A stretch of DNA of 64,000 nt, from the NCBI GenBank assembly GCA_963717145.1, contig OY970325.1, positions 4,608,001 to 4,672,000 on the forward strand, given 5' to 3'. The notes beneath the pieces were generated by a model, which worked only from the letters and a program-made list of their open reading frames with translations, had not been told where the DNA came from and searched no databases. This stretch comes from an uncultured Armatimonadetes bacterium. Lineage in GTDB: Bacteria; Armatimonadota; UBA5829; DTJY01. Below are positions 60,453 through 64,000 of the stretch, one piece after another; within the stretch, counting starts at the first letter, position 1, and each line of letters begins with the position of its first letter. A program made the translations under genes and the position numbers.

Positions 60453-63092
60453 CTAGTAGCCATCCTGAAGCCTATGATCCCACAGATAGTACTCCCCGCC
60501 CCAGATAACGGTCTTGGCGCCAAGCTTGAGGTCACACCACTGAGGGTAATTCAGTGCTGCGCCGAGTGGCAGACTCAGGCGCGCCCTCTCCACCGCCTCA
60601 TACACGGTCAGGCCTTTCCTGCACAAGCCTTCCCAGAAGAGCTGGTTGAAGGAGACGAAATCGTTGGTAGTCCAAAGTCCGTCGCGGAACCCCACAACAG
60701 AGTCGGCGCCTTCGTCCCAGAAGGCCGCAGCCACGGAATCAGCCGGGTTGGGGCAATCGTATAGCGTGCCGCCGATCCAAGGTCCCCATCCGTTCACCCT
60801 GACTTTTCCTCCCGCAGTGCCGCAGCCAGCCAGGTATGCTAGGTGAACATAATCCACCCCAGGCGTATACCAGACACTATACGCATCACCCGGTTCCTCG
60901 TATTCCTTAGTCAGCCCGCCGGATGAAAACTCCACATAATCGGGTGAAGAGTGGCCGAAGAAGGCCCAGACAGCGCTCGGCGCAGGCTTATAAGAATACT
61001 CCGGGTGCTGTGGGAGGTTACGCAACTCGGCGGAGTTCAGCCGATCAAGCGTATGCACCATGTCGTCAGCAGGCTTCTGCGAACATAAGCCGCTCCCTCC
61101 GATCGAAGGATAGCCTAGCTGCCACCGTCCGTGATAGCCTGGTTCCATTTGTTGGTCGTTTGGGTCGTATATGCTTGCCAACATGTTGTAAGCATACTGA
61201 CCGTTGGGCGTGTCATCAATCTCCTCATCTGCGCATACATAGACTGTGGCTGAACGCTGGTCCCAGGCATAGCTCAGATCAACCGCCCATCTGTTGCCGG
61301 TCCTCCTGTACAAGTCGCCATGGGCATCTTTGACGTGCAGCACGAATCGGTATATGCCTCCGTACGGGATGTCACTTGGCGAGAGCTTTAGCAGTAGGCC
61401 ATGGCGACCGGGCTCGAGGCCGTCTTTCACCTCATTGGTAACCGTTGAGTGTTCGGTGCATCGCAGGTCCGAGATGTTCCAGGATCTGGCCAGCGCAAGG
61501 TCCGGGCCATACAGGAGCAAATTTCCCCAGCTGGGAATGATCATATCCGTACTGCTCATCACGTAGCGGCGAAGAAGGAATACGTATTCGTCGTCGAAGG
61601 TCCACGGCGTACCGTTGTTGTCGGTTCCGACGTATTCGACCCTGAAGATCGGCTCGTCATAGTCATCCAGGCCACGCCTGATGTTGACATGCTCGCTCCG
61701 ATACCTGGCGTGGTCTTCGATCCGCGATTCGGGGTCGCGGTTGGTGGCGCAGGAGTCATCACGATTGATGTCAGTCTGCGAAGCCTCCACGCTATACGTG
61801 TACAGCCCCCGTGGGGCAGCAAACGTCTCACTGTTCAGGGGCAAGGTATAGCTCGATCCCCCTAGACCCTGTGGCAGATCGATTGGGGGGACGACCGGAT
61901 AAGCGTCCGGTGTACTGTGGCTGTTGTCCATGGATGTCGGGTAGAACCTGAAGGTTAGGGTCATCGGATCGGTTAGATCGTTGTCTTCCATGTTCACTGT
62001 TAGGGTTTTCGGCTCTCCGTCATCCTTCCACACCACAACTCCCTCCGGGTCCGCCGAGGTGAACGAGAGGTTCCTGACCTCGACGCTCTGTGTCACTGTC
62101 ACCGGGATCATCTGAGAGCCTACATCGAAGTTCGCGGATGCCCTGAGAGAGATCGGGCCGTTCTTGAGGGGTGTGGTGTCCCAGTCATAGAGCAATCTGT
62201 AGATTTCCGTATCTATCCCATTTTCCGACGATGACGTGCCCGCTTCGTGCATCGTGATGAACGAGTGCCATCCTGTCGGTTCAGTGGGATCCTCCGCCTG
62301 GATCAGAAGGCCGGACTCTCCCCCGTGGAGTGTTGCGCACCCGGTGGTGGTCCTGACCTGGATCCTGATCGGAGTCATGCCACCGATCGTCCCGGTCGGG
62401 CCGAGGAACGTCATTTCGCAGATGGGATCCTGCACCACCACCTGCACAGACTTGCCCACCTCCGTGCCGCATAGCTTTGCTGTAACCTCATAGACGCCGG
62501 GCGCGCTGAACACCGCACTGTACTTGAGACCGTTCAACGGCCATACCGTTCCATTCTCTCCGCCGGTCCAGGTCAAGAACTGCGCCCCGCGTCCACCCGT
62601 GGTGGTCGCCTCAAAATCGATGTACGCCGGGCTTGGACAGACCACTACTGGGTCCGACGGCCCGGTGACATTGATCAGTTCAATGGGCGTGATCTTGACC
62701 GTCTGCGTGCCGGGGAAATCGTTTTCCGCGGGAGGGCAGTGTGCCTGGTCATCTGCCGAGAAGCTGAACGTTCTCTCACCTGACCAATCGCAGGTGATGA
62801 TGCTCTCCATACGATACGAGCCGTTCGGTTGCCTGGTGGGCGCCGGCAATTCAGGTGGCCAGGTGAACGTCAAGTCGTCCCAACAGCAACCGCAGTCGCC
62901 CTGTTGGTCGCAGTCACTTGCTGTGGCGATGATCCTCACGGTGCTTCCCTTGCATACTTCAAGGCCCTCAGAGCAAGTCCCCGTTCCTTCAACGTCGACA
63001 TTCAGGGCGACCCAGCCCGCCTGGGCGGAGAGATTCGCGGCGAGCAGGAGGGCTATCAGGGCTACCCAATAGATACTAGATCGCAGTCTCAT
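60453..63092 (-). CDS. Large secreted protein: Ig-like N-term + C-terminal caspase/CHAT/gingipain-like (clan CD) domain
   Basis: Signal MRLRSSIYWVALIALLLAANLSAQA; VWAFFGHSS...HLAYLAGCGTA...GADSVVGF. Confidence 0.65.
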   Translation of the reverse strand: MRLRSSIYWVALIALLLAANLSAQAGWVALNVDVEGTGTCSEGLEVCKGSTVRIIATASDCDQQGDCGCCWDDLTFTWPPELPAPTRQPNGSYRMESIITCDWSGERTFSFSADDQAHCPPAENDFPGTQTVKITPIELINVTGPSDPVVVCPSPAYIDFEATTTGGRGAQFLTWTGGENGTVWPLNGLKYSAVFSAPGVYEVTAKLCGTEVGKSVQVVVQDPICEMTFLGPTGTIGGMTPIRIQVRTTTGCATLHGGESGLLIQAEDPTEPTGWHSFITMHEAGTSSSENGIDTEIYRLLYDWDTTPLKNGPISLRASANFDVGSQMIPVTVTQSVEVRNLSFTSADPEGVVVWKDDGEPKTLTVNMEDNDLTDPMTLTFRFYPTSMDNSHSTPDAYPVVPPIDLPQGLGGSSYTLPLNSETFAAPRGLYTYSVEASQTDINRDDSCATNRDPESRIEDHARYRSEHVNIRRGLDDYDEPIFRVEYVGTDNNGTPWTFDDEYVFLLRRYVMSSTDMIIPSWGNLLLYGPDLALARSWNISDLRCTEHSTVTNEVKDGLEPGRHGLLLKLSPSDIPYGGIYRFVLHVKDAHGDLYRRTGNRWAVDLSYAWDQRSATVYVCADEEIDDTPNGQYAYNMLASIYDPNDQQMEPGYHGRWQLGYPSIGGSGLCSQKPADDMVHTLDRLNSAELRNLPQHPEYSYKPAPSAVWAFFGHSSPDYVEFSSGGLTKEYEEPGDAYSVWYTPGVDYVHLAYLAGCGTAGGKVRVNGWGPWIGGTLYDCPNPADSVAAAFWDEGADSVVGFRDGLWTTNDFVSFNQLFWEGLCRKGLTVYEAVERARLSLPLGAALNYPQWCDLKLGAKTVIWGGEYYLWDHRLQDGY

Positions 63093-64000
63093 TGGACTCC
63101 TCCTTCCTGCATCCATGCCATCGGCGCGGTCGATGTCTGATCCTTGAACGATGATGACTTTACGTCTGAGAGCTTTGCGGTATCGGCGCTGGTGGAGTTC
63201 GGGCCAAGGTAGTGGTAGCTGTAGAGTACGACTCCCTCCGCGCCCACGGCTCGGCAGTCGGCGATATGCTTCGATGCGAGCGCTCCGGGTATCCGCCACG
63301 CGCCGATCCCGACGTAGATGTGTCTGTCGTGCGATGCGTCCAGCGACTTGACGGCCGCAGCGGGCATCGAGTCGGTTTGGAGGTAGACCATCGGCACGAG
63401 GAAATCGACCAGGCCGTCACGCGTCCACCCATCCCAGTCCTGCATGAACTGCATGGCGGCGAGTTTCGGATCGGAAAGCATGACGGACGCAGAGAGCTTG
63501 ACCATCCGCTTTCCCTCCGAGAGGGCGGTATGGATCCTTGCCACCAGACCTGTCACCTGCTGAGTCCGCCACTTGCGCCAGTCGGGGTCGTTCGGATTGG
63601 GACTCCCCGACTTGCCGGTTTCTGTGTTGAACCGTGCGACGCTCAGGGCATTGTAGCCGCTCCCGACATCCGGGTAGCGGACGTTATCGAGGTGGATGCC
63701 GTCTACGCTGTAGTTGGCGACTACCTCGCTGACGACGGACACCATGCGGTCCTGCACGGCGGTAACTCCGGGGTCGAGGTAGACCTTGCCGTGGTCGAGG
63801 GCGGTCCTGCCCTGCTGGTCGGCCATCAGCCAGTCGGGGTGGGTCAGATGGACTGAGTTCGCGGCGGGCTTGAACCACTTGGAGTCGAGCGCGACCTCAT
63901 AAAGTGAGAGCCAGGCGTGTACCTCGATGCCCTGAGCATGAGCCTGGGTGATAACGTCTGCGAGCGGATCGTAGTCCGCGGAGATATCGGATGCCTTCGG
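63089..64000 (-). CDS. GHL10/DUF187 glycoside hydrolase-like protein (5' partial)
   Basis: Frame open to the window end: YDPLADVITQAHAQGIEVHAW, HPDWL, YLDPG, DGIHLDNVRYP, QDWDGW, PMVY. Confidence 0.9.
   Translation of the reverse strand, partial: PKASDISADYDPLADVITQAHAQGIEVHAWLSLYEVALDSKWFKPAANSVHLTHPDWLMADQQGRTALDHGKVYLDPGVTAVQDRMVSVVSEVVANYSVDGIHLDNVRYPDVGSGYNALSVARFNTETGKSGSPNPNDPDWRKWRTQQVTGLVARIHTALSEGKRMVKLSASVMLSDPKLAAMQFMQDWDGWTRDGLVDFLVPMVYLQTDSMPAAAVKSLDASHDRHIYVGIGAWRIPGALASKHIADCRAVGAEGVVLYSYHYLGPNSTSADTAKLSDVKSSSFKDQTSTAPMAWMQEGGVQ

Overview
GC-rich diderm bacterial chromosome segment. The gene content (GHL10/FN3 secreted proteins, FtsX/OPT/PqqD operon, Firmicutes-type LexA together with Kdo/heptose genes) suggests Armatimonadota, which is an inference. 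Core genes include rfaE1, a fused rfaE2-kdsB, kdsA, an NlpC/P60 endopeptidase, gyrA-archease-lexA, spoIID/lytB, tRNA-Pro(CGG), an M16 peptidase pair, a radical SAM pair and rne/rng. An accessory hotspot at 16.4-34.5 kb holds a TA pair, an REase-NTPase-TPR protein, a putative nuclease with two small paralogs, a Dsr1-like sirtuin, actP and a PHP-Cache-PAS-CBS-DUF294 fusion. It is built from two units that each start with a copy of the M16 peptidase 3' end and finish with a hemerythrin gene. The strongest candidate for an undescribed system is a pair of diverged homologous ~220-aa genes (22356..23015 and 55786..56460). Each has its own upstream phased array of palindromic motifs (10 x 21 bp and 9 x 22 bp, different cores), and the two share a 50/51-bp identical 3' element. 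Other highlights are several REP-like palindromes inserted in frame in proteins, a secreted clan-CD protease/WD40/PepSY-like module, and about 10 frameshifts that may be sequencing indels. All family calls come from motif recognition by eye; no database search was run.
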